The translations under genes and the position numbers were made by a program. A stretch of 64,000 nt of DNA from Rebecca billardiae RCC1528 (Eukaryota; Protista; Haptophyta). The DNA is taken from assembly GCA_965240325.2 (NCBI GenBank), contig OZ251241.1:1433352-1497351 (forward strand), written 5' to 3'. Shown piece by piece: positions 23,317 to 35,029 of the stretch; the stretch's first letter is position 1; each line of letters begins with the position of its first letter. Below the pieces are notes generated by a model. The model was not told where the DNA came from. It worked only from the letters and a program-made list of their open reading frames with translations, and did no database searches.

Positions 23317-24299
23317 GCGCCGCGCGCCGCGCTGGCGGGGCGGCTAGGACCCACGCGCGCCTTCGAATCCCCGGCGCCCGCTTGCGCATTGGCTTCCTCC
23401 GCCTGCGAGTCGCCTGCGACCGCGCCCGCCGCCCGCTTCGAGAGGGTTGACCGCGCCCGAGCCTGCTCGCCGCCGAGCGCAGGGATGAGTTGAGCGCGGT
23501 GCGAGGCGGCGATCGTGGTCGGGCGATCGCATGGGCCCATATGGGCCCCATCTGCCTCGGCGCGATCGCTTCAGCATGCGTATGTGACCCCACTTGTCAT
23601 GGATGTCGGGTAGCAGGTGAGCACTGTCGGCCACTGTCGGCCAGCGTGTCATCGCGAGCGCGCGCGCGAGGGCTCTACGGGTCGGATGCCGCTCCGTGGT
23701 GTCTCGTGATTGTCTGCACTACGCAAACCGGCTGGCAAGATTGGTCCGCATCTGTAATTAGGCGACGCCTGCCGTGTTCGCGACGAGAACTCAAGCAAGT
23801 TCTTCTGGCGATCAGACTGTTGCCGTCACCATTGACGCACGTTACGAGCTGGCAGAGCAGTGAAGGGCATGCCCTTGGTGGCCCACGCTGGGCAATACAC
23901 GGCAATCGGCATGCTCTGATGTCAACTGTGACGTGTTTCCGACCCGTCTGGCCCTGCGCAGGCGCGGCGTGCGCGGACACGCTGGCCAACAGTGCTCGCC
24001 CGCTACCCGACATCCATGACAAGTAGGGTCACATACGCATGCTGAAGCGATCGCGCCGTGGCAGATGGGGCGCAGATGGGCTCATGCGATCGCCCGACCG
24101 AGATCGCCGCCTCGCGCCGCGCTCAACTCATCCCTGCGCTCGGCGGCGAGCAGGCTCGGGCGCGGTCAACCCACTCAAAGCGGGCGGTGGGCGCAATCGC
24201 AGGCGACTCGCAGGCGGAGGAAGCCGATGCGCACGCGGGCGCCGGGGGTTCGAAGGCGCGCGTGGGTCCCGGCCACCCCGCCAGCGCGGCGCGCGGCGC
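23317..24299. repeat. Long imperfect inverted repeat (arms 23317-23650 and 23976-24299); foldback/MITE-like
   Basis: About 330-bp arms are reverse complements with scattered mismatches; spacer about 325 bp; no TSD recognised. Confidence 0.85.
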
Positions 24300-24405
24300 A
24301 AACAGCAACTCCTCGACAGCAGAGCGCGTGGATCGCCGCGACGTCGACGTCGCCCGCCCGCCCCCGCCCCTTCTCAACGGCCGCGGCCCCGCGTGCTCCC
24401 ACTGT

Positions 24406-24454
24406 GGTCCGGGAGCTCATGAGGTGCAACTTGCACCTCATGAGCTCCCGGACC
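24406..24454. repeat. Perfect 24-bp-arm palindrome with a 1-nt centre
   Basis: GGTCCGGGAGCTCATGAGGTGCAA-C-TTGCACCTCATGAGCTCCCGGACC. Confidence 0.95.
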
Positions 24455-25082
24455 GTGTGCGAACTAATCGCCTTTCTGGAACGGGTGGCAGAGAGACGCG
24501 CCCACTAGTCGTAGTATGAATATGGACGATGCTGATGACGGACTGGCTTGCGCCGCCGGCGTTCGGCGGCGCGACGCCGGAGACAGAGGCCTGGTCCGTC
24601 TACTGCCATCGCAGCTGCTTGTGAGTTGTGTACATAGTGTACAGGGTGACGCCGCTGCCGGGCTATATGTAGCATCATCATATAGCGCAGTCGTATGCAT
24701 GATATATTTATTGACCTTCGGCCTGCCGCCCGGTCGTCCGCCAGTACTAAATAACTACCGGGGCGCCACTGTATTCGTGTATACCGGCCCCCGCCGGCCG
24801 CGCGGACCGCGCGGCGCACTGCCCGCCGTCATCCGCCTTCCGAAGCACCAGATGGGATGATATAATATTCATGGGCGGTTGCGCGGACGTCAATCGTCAT
24901 ACTCAGCACTACGACAATTGATGACTTGCACTACGGCAAGCTGGCATCGGACCGGGCCGCGGACCCGGCGCGGCGGCCGCTGCCAGTCGGACCGTCAGTC
25001 ACAGCGGAGTCAACGCCGGGCGCCGGCACTCGGTCCCGAGCCCGCGCCGCGCTCGGCTCAGATCACATCAGCAGCGTACGTA

Positions 25083-27782
25083 TCATCCTCTGCTTGATGA
25101 CGAAGGCGGCCAGTTGGCCACGATGCGGCGGCATCGGCCCGCGCTCTGCTCATCCACGCCGTGGTCGTGCTGCCCGACCGCGGCGCCGCGCGCGTCAGGC
25201 CGCGGCGGCGAGCGCGCGGCGGCCGCGGCGGCGGCGGCAGTGCTCGGAATGGAATAGGGCTGCCGCTGCTGGGCGCGCTTGCTTCCGCCGCCGACGGCCG
25301 GCGCGCCGCTGAGCAGCGGCAGCGGGTTGCTCGGCGGCGGCAGCGCCACCCACGCGCCGCCCACGTCCGCGCCACCGCCCCGCGCCGCTTCCGTTGGCCC
25401 GCCTGCTCGCAGCGGCGCCCGCGCGGCCGGCGGAGGCGGCGGCGGCGCGGCGCGCGCGCGCGCCGTGGCGCGCCAGGCGCCGAGCGCGGTGTGGAGCTGC
25501 GAGTGCTCGACCGCCATCGCCGCCTCCAGTGGCGGGCTTGCGGGCGGCGTGTACGGCGGGGGCACGCCGATCGCGCGCGCGGTCGCGGCGCGCGAGCGGC
25601 CAGTACCCGTGCTGCCGGCGCGCGGCCCGCGCCCCGCGGTCGGCGGCGCGCTGCCGCCGGCCGCGCTGGCGCGCGCGCGCTGGTCAGGTGTGCACGCGCC
25701 GAGGCCGACGCACCCGGCCGGCACGCCGCCGTCGGCGCACGGCCCCGGCGCATGCGGCCACCACGGCGGCGCGGGCGCGCACGCGCGGCGCGGCGCGCAC
25801 GCCGCCGCGCGCGCGTCGCCGTCGTCGCCACCGTCCGCGCCGCCACACGCCGAGCCTGCGGCCCAGGGCTCGGCGGCGCCCGCGGCGTCAGCGGCGGTGG
25901 GCGCGGCGGCACAGGCGGCGGGCGATGCGGCGGCGGCGGCGGCTCGCGGGTGCACGGCCGCGGCCGGGGCGTCGGCTGGCGCGGCGGCGGCGGCGGCGGC
26001 GGCGAGCACGTCGCGGCGCGTGCGCGCGAGCGCCACGCGCGCGGCGACGACGCGGCCAAAATGGGCTTGCGCGTGCGCCACTGCCCAGCGCGCGAGCGCG
26101 CGCCGAAGGCGCAGCTGGCGAGCGGCCGCGGCCGCGAGCGCGGCGCGCCGCAGCGCGCGCGCGGCCGCGTCGGGCGGCGGCGCGCGCGCGGCGGCGGCGG
26201 CGGCGGAAACGGCCGCGCCCTCGCGCAAGCGGCGCAGCGCCTGCGCAGCGTACGCGCGACCTCCGACCGCGCGCACCGCGCTGTCGAGCCGCGCGCGCGC
26301 GCCGCCGAAGCGCCACGCGCCGACGGCGGCGCGCGCCGCCAGCGCCAGCCGGCGCTCCGCAGCCGCGTCGGCGGCGGCGTCGGCGTCGGCGCGGCGGCGC
26401 AGGTCGGCGGCGTGCGCGCCGAGCGCGCGCAGCACGGCGCGCGCGCGCGCGCTGCGCCGCCGAGCGCGGTCGACTGCGATGTGGATGGCGCGCGCGTGCG
26501 CCGCGACGTCGCGCGCCCACGCGCGCAGCGCGGTGCGCAGCCGCAGCCGCGCGGCCGCGCGGCCGCGCGCGGCCGCGCGGCGCGCGGCGCGCGCGCGCGC
26601 GCCGAGCGCGCCCCAGGCGGCGCCGAGCGCGGCGGTGGCGCGGGCCATGCGCAGCGCGGCCGCGGCGTGGCGCGCGGCGCGGCGCTCGCGCCGCGCGCGC
26701 GCGTGCGCCGACGCCCAGCCGTGCCACGCCGCGCACAGCGCGCACAGCCAAGCGTGCTCCGCCGCGTAGCGCGCGCGGCCGCGCGCGGCCGGCGCGGCCG
26801 CGCCTGCGCCGTGCGCCGCGCCGCCGGCGGCGCCGGCGGCGCCGAGCGCCGCCAGCGCGCGCCGGAGCGCGGCGCGGCCGCGCGCGGCGGCGGCCCAGCG
26901 GCGCGCGAGCGCGGCGGCGGCGCGCGCGCGCAGCTCGGCGCGCAGCCCGTCGCCCGGCGCCGCGAGCGCCGCGCGCGCCACGCCGCGCGCCGCCCATGCG
27001 CGCGCCGCGCGCCGCGCCAAGCGCGCCGCGCGCGCCGCCGCGCCAAGCGCCGCAAGTGCGCGCAGCGCGCTCGCGCGCGCGGCGCGCGCGGCGTGGGCGC
27101 GCGCGGCGCGGAGTGCGCGCGCGCGCGCGGCGCGCGTGCGGAGCCGCGCCGCGCCGTCGTACCCGCGCGCGCGCCACGCCGCGCGCTCGCGCGACAGCGC
27201 CGCCCACGCCGCGCGCCGGCGGCGCGCGGCCGCCGCCGCGTCGGCGGCCGCGGCCGCGCGGCGCGCGGCCGCGCCGCCGCGCCGCAGCGCGCGCCACGCG
27301 CACCACACGGCGCCGAGCGCGGCCGCGGCGGCGCCGAGCGCGTCCGCGGCGGCGGCGGCGCGCACGTGGCGCAGGGCGCGCATCGCGCGCGCCGCACACC
27401 GCCACGCGCGCGCCTCGCGCAGCCGCGCCGCCGCGCGCGCCGCGCGCGCGCCGCGCGCGCCGCGCCGCGCCCACGCGCGCAGCGCGCCGCGCCGCGCGCC
27501 GCGCGCCGCCGCGCGCGCGAGCGCGCCGCGCGCCGCCGCGCGCGCGCGCAGCGTGGCGAGCGCGAGCGCGCGCGCCGCCGCGGCCGAGGCCTCGCGCGCG
27601 GCGCGCACCACGCGCGCCGTCGCCGCCACGCGCGCCAACGCCGCGAACGCGCCGCCGCCGCGCGCGCGCCACGCGAGCCGCGCGCGCGGCGCGCGCGGCG
27701 GCGCGGGCGCGCGCGGCGGCGGCGGCGGCGGCGCGGCGCGCGCCGCGCGCGCTTCGCGCGGCGGTGGCATCTGCCGCGCAGC

Positions 27783-27813
<31 letters not shown>

Positions 27814-29033
27814 AGCGGGAGTGCGCGGCGCCGCGCAGCGGGCGCGGTGCGCGGTGCGCGCGGCGGCGTCGGCGGCGAGGTCGCGCGGCGGCGCTCGGCG
27901 CGACGCGCGCGGCTCGGCGGCGGCTGCGGCGGCTGCGGCTGCGGCGGCGCGCGCGGCGCGGCGCGGGGCGCGCGCGCCGCCGGCTTCGTCGGCGGCGCGG
28001 CGGGCGCGTCGAGCGCGGCGTCGAGCGCGGCGTACGCCTCGCGCGCGGCCCTCGACCCGCGCGCGCGCTCGCGCAGCACGCGCAGGCACCGCCGCGCCGC
28101 GCCCACGGCCGCGTGCGCGCGCGCGCGCGCGGCCGCGTAGCGCGCGCGCGCGCGCACGTGCGCCGCTGCGCGCGCCGCCGCCCACACCGCCGTGAGCGCG
28201 CGCGCGGCGGCGCGGCGGCGTGTGGCGGCGGCGGCGGCGGGGTGGTGGGCTGCGGCGTGGCGTGCGCGGCGGCCGAGCGCGTGCGCGCACAGCGCGAGCA
28301 GACCGCGCGCGCGCCGCGCCGCGCCCGCCGCCGCGTCGGCGGCGGCGGCGCGCGCCGCGCGCGCGTCGGCGCGCGCGCCGCGCGCGCGCCACGCGCGCCA
28401 CGCGCGCGCGCGCGCGCCGCGCGCCGCGGCGGCAGCGTGCGCCGCGCGCCACGCGGCGTGGGCGTCGTGCCGCGCGGCGCCTGCGCGCACGCGCGACCAC
28501 GCGCGGCGCAGCCCGACGAGCCGCGCGCGCGCCGCGCCGCGCGCGTCGAGCGCGGCGGCGGCCGCGCGCGCGGCCGCCGCCGCCGCCCACGCGCGCGCGC
28601 GGCGCGCGGCCGCGGCGCGCGCGGCCGCGCGCCGCGCGCCCGCCGCGTCCGCCGCGCGCTGGGCGGCGGCGCGGAGCGCAGCGAGCGCGGCGGCGCAGCG
28701 CGCGCGCGCCTTCCGCGCCCCGCGCGCCCGCGCCTCCGCGCCCGCCTCCGCCGCCGCATCCGTCGCCAGCCGCCACCCGCCGAGCGCGCGCGCCGCCGCG
28801 CCGCGCCGCACGCGCGCCGCGCGCTCGCGCGCGCCGCTGCTGACGAGCCGGCTGCGAAGTGCAGAGAGCCGAAGGGCTGACAGGGCGAGCTTGGCGGCGA
28901 GGCGCGCGCGGAGCTCGCCGAGCATGTGCGCGCGCAGCGCGGACGCCTCGGAGCCCTCGCCGCCCGGGCCCGCCGCGCCCGCGCCCGCCGCCGCCGCCGC
29001 CGCTGCCGCCACAGTCCTGCGTGCCGCGCCGCG

Positions 29034-29102
<69 letters not shown>

Positions 29103-30689
29103 TGGCACTGAGCCCTCGGCCGCGCGCGCCGCGAGCGCGCGCAGCGGCGCCGTCGGCAGCGCGGCGCACGCCGCGACGACCTCCGCGTGCCGCGCGGCGA
29201 GCGCGCGCACCGCGCCCGCGAGCGGCGCGAGCCGAGTGTCCGCCAGCACCCGCAATCGGCCGCACGGGCCGAGGCCGCGCGCCGGCCGCCGCGCCGCCGC
29301 CGCCGCCGCCGCCGCGGCGGCGCCGGCGCGCGGCGGCGAGGGCGAGGGCGGCGAGGCGGGGCGTGCGCGTCCGCGCGGCGGCGTGCGCGGCGGCGTGCGA
29401 GGGAGCGGCGGGCCGAGGCTCGCGCTGAGCGCGCGCACCGCGCAGTCCACCGCGCGCTGCACGCTCCGCGCCGCCGGCGACGAGCGAGCCGCCGCCTCCG
29501 CCTCCGCCTCCGCCTCCGCCTCCGCCGCCGCCGCCGCCGCCGCCGCCGCCTCCGCCGCCGCGCCGCCGCCGCGCGCGCGCCGCGCGCTGCCGCCGCCACC
29601 CGCTGCCGCCGCCGTCGGCTCCTCCGCCGCCGACGCCGCCGTCGCGCGCGCTGGCCACCGGCCGTCCGGCGAGGCGGCAGCGAGTGCCGGGGTGGCGTGG
29701 CCCGCGCCGAGCCATGCCGTGGCGGGATCGGGCGGCGGCGGCTGCGGCGGCGGCGGCGGCCGCCGCGGCGGCGGCGGCGCTGGCGGCGGCGGCGACTGCG
29801 GCGGCGGTATGGCTACGGTCGCGGCGGGCGGCGCTGGCGCGTGCACCGGAGCGCGCGCGCTGGGCGAAGCGGTGCCCGCGGGCGGTGCATGCGAGGGCAC
29901 GCCGCACGAGGCGCCCGGCCCGCTGCCGTCCGCGCCGCTGCGCGCGCTCGGCGGCGCGAGCGGCAAAGATGGCGGCGCGCCGGCCGCGGCCGCGCGCACG
30001 CGACAGGTGGCCGCGGGCGGTGGCGGCATGGGCGCGCGCTCCAAAGGCGGCTCGGCGGCCGCCACCTCGGCTGCGCGGGGCACCGAGCCCCCCGTGCCGC
30101 CCGCGCGCCCGTGCGCCACCGCGCCGCACGCGCTCGCCGGCCGAGCGAAGCCAACTGCCGCCGCCGCCGCCGCGGGCGGCGGCGGCGCGGTGCGTGCGCG
30201 CTCGCGCGAGTGCGCCGCCGCCTGGCGCGCGATGCTCGCGGCGTAGCCCGGCATGGGCGGCCTGCGCGCGGGATCGGAAGGCTCGCGCGCGCGCGCGCCC
30301 GCCGCCGACGCCGCGCTCGTCACCGCTGGCGGTGGCGGCGCAGCGGTCGTCGTCGGTGGCGGCGGCGGAGGCGGCGGCGCGCACCGGCGCGCCGCGCCGT
30401 CGTGCGCCTCGGCGCCCCCGCCGGCCGCGCCGGCGGCCGCGGCGTACGGCGGCGCCCACGCGCGCGCGTACTCGCTCTGCGCCGCGCCCGCCGCCCGGCC
30501 GCTCGCGCCCGCTAGCGTGAGCGGCGCGGGCAAGGCGGCCAGCAGCGCGTGAACTTTTCGCGCATGTTCCTCCGCGTCTTGTATTTGCGCGTCCACGAAG
30601 GCCGCGCCGCCGGGCGGGCGGAAGGCGGTGGCGGGCGGGGGCACGGGCTCGCGCGGCGCGCGCCCCGGCTGTCGCCCCGCGTGCAGCAT
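25083..30689 (-). CDS. Large Ala/Arg/Trp-rich helical repeat protein, Sfi1-like (centrin-binding)
   Basis: About 1870-aa ORF from MLHAGRQ with periodic ALxxW/AWRAW repeats reminiscent of the Sfi1 consensus (A-x7-LL-x3-F/L-x2-W) and a Pro-rich N-terminus. The upstream part of the listed ORF lies in a repeat element. Confidence 0.55.
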
Positions 30690-30854
30690 CCGCCCCGCTG
30701 GCGCCGCACCGGCCGGCCCCCGCGCTGGCGCACTCAAAGCAGCGGCCCCCGCCACCTCCGTGCAGGCAAGGATTTTGCCGTTGGCACAGGGCTGCCTTCT
30801 CGCCGCGAGCAGTCCGGTCGTTCGTCGCTGAGCAGGACTTCTTCCAAACTGGCT

Positions 30855-31766
30855 ATTGACACTGGCCCACAGGACCGACCGGACAGGGGGGGGTTCCGAA
30901 TTGGTCCCCCGACCTCGAGCTCGATGGCTGCCGCACGTGCGTGCCCAGCGTGCCTCGCGCGTGTACGTGCACGGTAGGGCGTCCCGACAGCGGCGGGGTG
31001 GAGTAGATGGTCGCATGGGAGGTGCATCCGTGTGTCGGAGACGTCTCGGCGCCTCGGTGGCGTGCCCACACCTCTCCTTGTCGCCGCTTGCCTGCTGCGT
31101 GCTCGGCCAGCCGTTTGGAGTGCATGCCTGCACGTGCACGGCCAGTGTCGGGCGGATCGAGCCGTAGCGAGTGTGCTTGCGGGTACTCCCACCCGATGCG
31201 GCTCTCTGCCGCCGTCGTAGTAGCTCTCGTGCATCAATCCCAAGCCGTGCACTCCAACCCACGACGTGTTCAGTGTTGTCATGGTGGTACACCACATGCT
31301 GTCCAGTTTTATTTTCAAATAGCGCATTTCTGATGCGATTCCTGGGCAATGTTCGCGAGCATGTTGGGCGCATGCCCGACTAGATTCGGCAGGTTCCAGG
31401 ACACGCGCGAGGGCTTGCGACGGCGGCAGAGAGCCGCATCGGGTGGGAGTACCCGCAAGCACACTCGCTACGGCTCGATCCGCCCGACACTGGCCGTGCA
31501 CGTGCAGGCGTGCACTCCAAACGGCTGGCCGAGCACGCAGCAGGCAAGCGGCGACAAGGAGAGGTGTGGGCACGCCACCGAGGCGCCGAGACGTCTCCGA
31601 CACACGGATGCACCTCCCATGCGACCATCTACGCCACCCCGCCGCTGTCGGGACGCCCTACCGTGCACGTACACGCGCGAGGCACGCTGGGCACGCACGT
31701 GCGGCAGCCATCGAGCTCGAGGTCGGGGGACCAATTCGGAACCCCCCCCTGTGGGCCAGTGTCAAT
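30855..31766. mobile_element. Foldback/MITE-like element with about 350-bp near-perfect inverted arms
   Basis: Arms 30855-31217 and 31418-31766 (ATTGACACTGGCCCAC...GTGGGCCAGTGTCAAT); 200-bp AT-richer spacer; 14-bp indel near the left end; no clear TSD. Confidence 0.8.
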
Positions 31767-32490
31767 TCAAGCAAAGGACCATCATCGTTCAAGAATCAAG
31801 CCCAAGGGCGAGTGGCGCGGGTTCGGAACTCGGAAGCACTTCGCCAGTCGGGGATGTTGTGGCCCGCGGAGCCGCCGGTCCGACCCCGGTGCAGACTGGA
31901 GACTTGGACGTCGCACTCGCAACTCGAAGGGGTCGTCGACTGACGACTCGCAAGGTCGTCGGCGGCAGTCAATTACACAAGTCACATCAGTCAGAATACA
32001 GCAGTACTCACAGTAGCTGCGCCTCAGTCCGTCAGTCGGCGTCATGCCCGCGCACTCACGCCTCACTCACGGCACTCGGGAGTCCTCGGCCGCGCGTCTG
32101 GCGCCCGTCTGCGCCACTGCCTGCCCGCAGGCTCAGGCTGCCGGCGCCGTGGACGCTGGCCCGGCCGGTCACAGAGTACATCACAGCCCGCGGTGACGCG
32201 GTCGGCGGTCCCGCCCCCGGCGCAGCTAGCTGACAGAGTACGGCACCCGGGAGGCTCCGGGTCACGCGGGCTGGCCGTGGGCCGCGTGGGCGGGCGCCGC
32301 GGGCGGGACTGGCTCCGCGGCGTGACGGCGGATGATGCGCGTCCACGCACACCAGCGGCACGCAGTAGAGGGACTCAACGAGGGTGTGGGTGAGCCGGCT
32401 GTCGAGCCGCTGGCGGCGCTGCGTGCGGTGCGCGTAATTAAATATGATCTGTCCCGCATAGGCAGGGCGCCATCCATGCACTGCCACCGC

Positions 32491-33840
32491 CTAGCTGGAC
32501 GCGGCGGCCAGCACCGCGTGCATCGCGTCGGCGCCGAGCGCGCCCACGGCGGACATGGCCGCGCCAGACACCGCCGCGGCACCGGCGCTCGCGAGCCAGA
32601 CGTGCGCGAGGCCGAGCGCGAGCACGCGGCACGGCGCGCACGACGGCGGCAGCGCGGCAAAGGTCGTCGCGTCCACCGCCTTCTTGAGCGACAGGAGCGT
32701 GCCCGGGCCGGCGAGCGCGTACGGGTTGAAGCCGCCCGAGTCCGTGCGCTCCACGATCGCCATCACGCGCTCGAGGAACGCCGGGTCGAGCGCGTACAGC
32801 GCGCGCAGCGGGGCGCCCATCAGGTGGGTGAGCCCGTTCACGGCCGCGCCCGAGCGGAGCGCGGGCGGCAGCGCGGCGGCCAGCAGCGTCGTGTACGAGG
32901 AGGCGACGACGCCGTTGACGACGATGTCGCCGTGGAGGGTGAGCGGCGCGAAGAGGCCAGCCTTGAAGACGGCGCTCGTCGCCGTCACGAGCGCGTCGTC
33001 CGCACACGCCCCCTCCTCCTCCTCCACGCCGGCCTTCTTCGTCGCGCCCGCGACGACGCGCATCCGCATCCCGGCGCGGAGGTCGCGCGCCGCGACGTAC
33101 GCGCCGTCGGCGAGCGCGTAGTGGTCTTCCGTGAGCTCGAGGACGTGGCCGGAGGAGAGCTCGACGCGCACCATCGCGTGCCGCACGTCCGCGCGCGTGT
33201 CGCTGTGCGGGATGGCCCACACGGCCGAGAACGTCCGGCTGCCGTCCACCAGGACTCGGTCGCCGGCGGCAAGCTCGTCCATGCGCTTCGGCCCAGCGGG
33301 CGTAGTCACGGTCGCGTCCGCTGGGAAGCAGCCGCCTGTGGTGTCCTCCCGGCACTCGCGAACCGTGCCCCCCTGTCCATCAGACACCCCTTCGCAAACC
33401 AAGCCTTCGCAGCAGGGGGCTCGATCACTGGGGCCGCTGCGTGCGCAGTTGCGCTCCCACTCCTGCAGGCAAAAGGGCGGCGATGGCGGCGGCGACGGAG
33501 GCGATGGAGGATCCGACGGCGGGTCAGCTGGCGGCATCGGCGGCGGCGGCGGTGCAGGCGGCGACGGCGGCGGCGACGAAGGCGGCGGCGAAGGTGGCGG
33601 CGAAGGCGGCGGCGGCGGCGGCGATGAAGGCGGCGACGGCGTGCCGATTGGCAGTGGAGGCGACGGCGGCGATGCAGGCGGCGGCGAAGGCGGCGGCGAC
33701 GGCGGCGGTGGCGACAGCGCGGCGGGCGCCGGCGATGGCGGCGGAGACCACGCAATGGCGGACGCTTCGATGGCGCACGCTCCGCCCAAAGACAGCACGA
33801 CGGCGACTGCCAGGAGCGCGCGCCGAGGTGTTGCCGTCAT
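32491..33840 (-). CDS. Secreted Hint (Hedgehog/intein)-domain autoprocessing protein with SPPP extensin-like stalk and a 6-Cys module
   Basis: Signal peptide MTATPRRALLAVAVVLSLGGACA; GG|CFPADATV..MDELAAGDRVL, LELTEDH, GLFAPLTLHGDIVVNGVVASSY; downstream H..GAPLRALY resembles the sterol-recognition region. Confidence 0.9.
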   Translation of the reverse strand: MTATPRRALLAVAVVLSLGGACAIEASAIAWSPPPSPAPAALSPPPPSPPPSPPPASPPSPPLPIGTPSPPSSPPPPPPSPPPSPPPSSPPPSPPAPPPPPMPPADPPSDPPSPPSPPPSPPFCLQEWERNCARSGPSDRAPCCEGLVCEGVSDGQGGTVRECREDTTGGCFPADATVTTPAGPKRMDELAAGDRVLVDGSRTFSAVWAIPHSDTRADVRHAMVRVELSSGHVLELTEDHYALADGAYVAARDLRAGMRMRVVAGATKKAGVEEEEGACADDALVTATSAVFKAGLFAPLTLHGDIVVNGVVASSYTTLLAAALPPALRSGAAVNGLTHLMGAPLRALYALDPAFLERVMAIVERTDSGGFNPYALAGPGTLLSLKKAVDATTFAALPPSCAPCRVLALGLAHVWLASAGAAAVSGAAMSAVGALGADAMHAVLAAASS

Positions 33841-35029
33841 GGTGCAGGGTGTCGTCGTGCCTCCACAGCAACAGCCTGATGGCGTTGCAATTGACGACAC
33901 TCCACGGCTCAACGCTCATCCCCAGCTCAACTGACGAACATCGCGTCAAAAATCATCCGCCGATGATTATGACGAGTGTCGTCCGAATCGGCGTTAACTT
34001 TAATAAGTATACTACGGCGTCAATCACGCCATTGAATATGGGTTGGCGCTGCGCGTCAACTTGGGCTGGAAACCTGTTTCTGAAACGCACGATGGCACGC
34101 CGGGCCGGTGGCCCGAGCTCGAGGAATTCCGACGCTCGGCCATGGGCGCCACAGGGGCGCCGCGGCGGGGCTGACGACGCGCGCGCGTGTGCACGTCTGG
34201 GCACGGAGTGCGCGCTGCAATGACTGTCCCGTCTGCAGCACCACGCCCCGCGCTGTGAGTGAGAGTGTGGCCCGCGCCCAAGCGAAACGCCGGACGGGCG
34301 GCACTCCGCCGACCTTGCCGTCCGCCGACCAACCCGCGGCCGCCTGCTGCAGCTCGTGGAAGGCATGCAGTCGCGCGCTCGCGCGTGGATGGCGGCCCTA
34401 CGCGTATGCGCCCGGCGCGCGTGCCGCTTCATCCGCTGGCACCGCACGCGAGGGCGCTCGTCGCGCGCAGTCGGCAGCTCGAGCCCTCCGCCGCCCGACC
34501 GGGCCGGCGCCACGCCTCGCGCTCGTGCTCGAGCTGAGACGGCGCGTGTCGCCCGAACCGGCGGGTTCGCACGCGTGCGCGTGGTGGGCGGCCTCGCGCG
34601 TGAGCCCGCCGCGCGCCCCGCGTTGCTCGCTGGCGCCGCACGCGAGCCGTTCGTCGCGCGACCGACCGCCAGGACGAGGGCGACCCTCGGGCTCGTGGGC
34701 TCTCGCTCTTTGTCGGCTTCGGACCCGGGACGCCGAGGCCGCGCGAGGTTGCTCCGACGCTCATAGTCCAATGCAAGATGATACCCGCGTGCCACTATCA
34801 GCGCGCCCTTTCGCTCGTGAAATGTCTAGCGAGAAAGTGACGGTTCGCTTATCGCGTGAATGTGAAGTGTGAACTCGCGACACGACGAATGGGCCGATGC
34901 GATTCGCGCGAATGTGAGTACGCAAAGCGCCGAACGACGAGCGGTTTTTGACCGAACGACGAGCGGTTTTTGTCCTATCGAGCGCGTAAGCGAGTACGCG
35001 AATTGCGCTTATGTGACCCGGCCGACGGA

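Noticed and set aside
23355-23385. TTCGAATCCC resembling a tRNA T-loop
   Set aside because: No cloverleaf or A-box; part of an inverted-repeat arm.
25058-30459. Multiple overlapping ORFs longer than 1000 aa in all frames
   Set aside because: Near-absence of A/T removes stops; only the Ala/Trp-periodic frame looks like protein.
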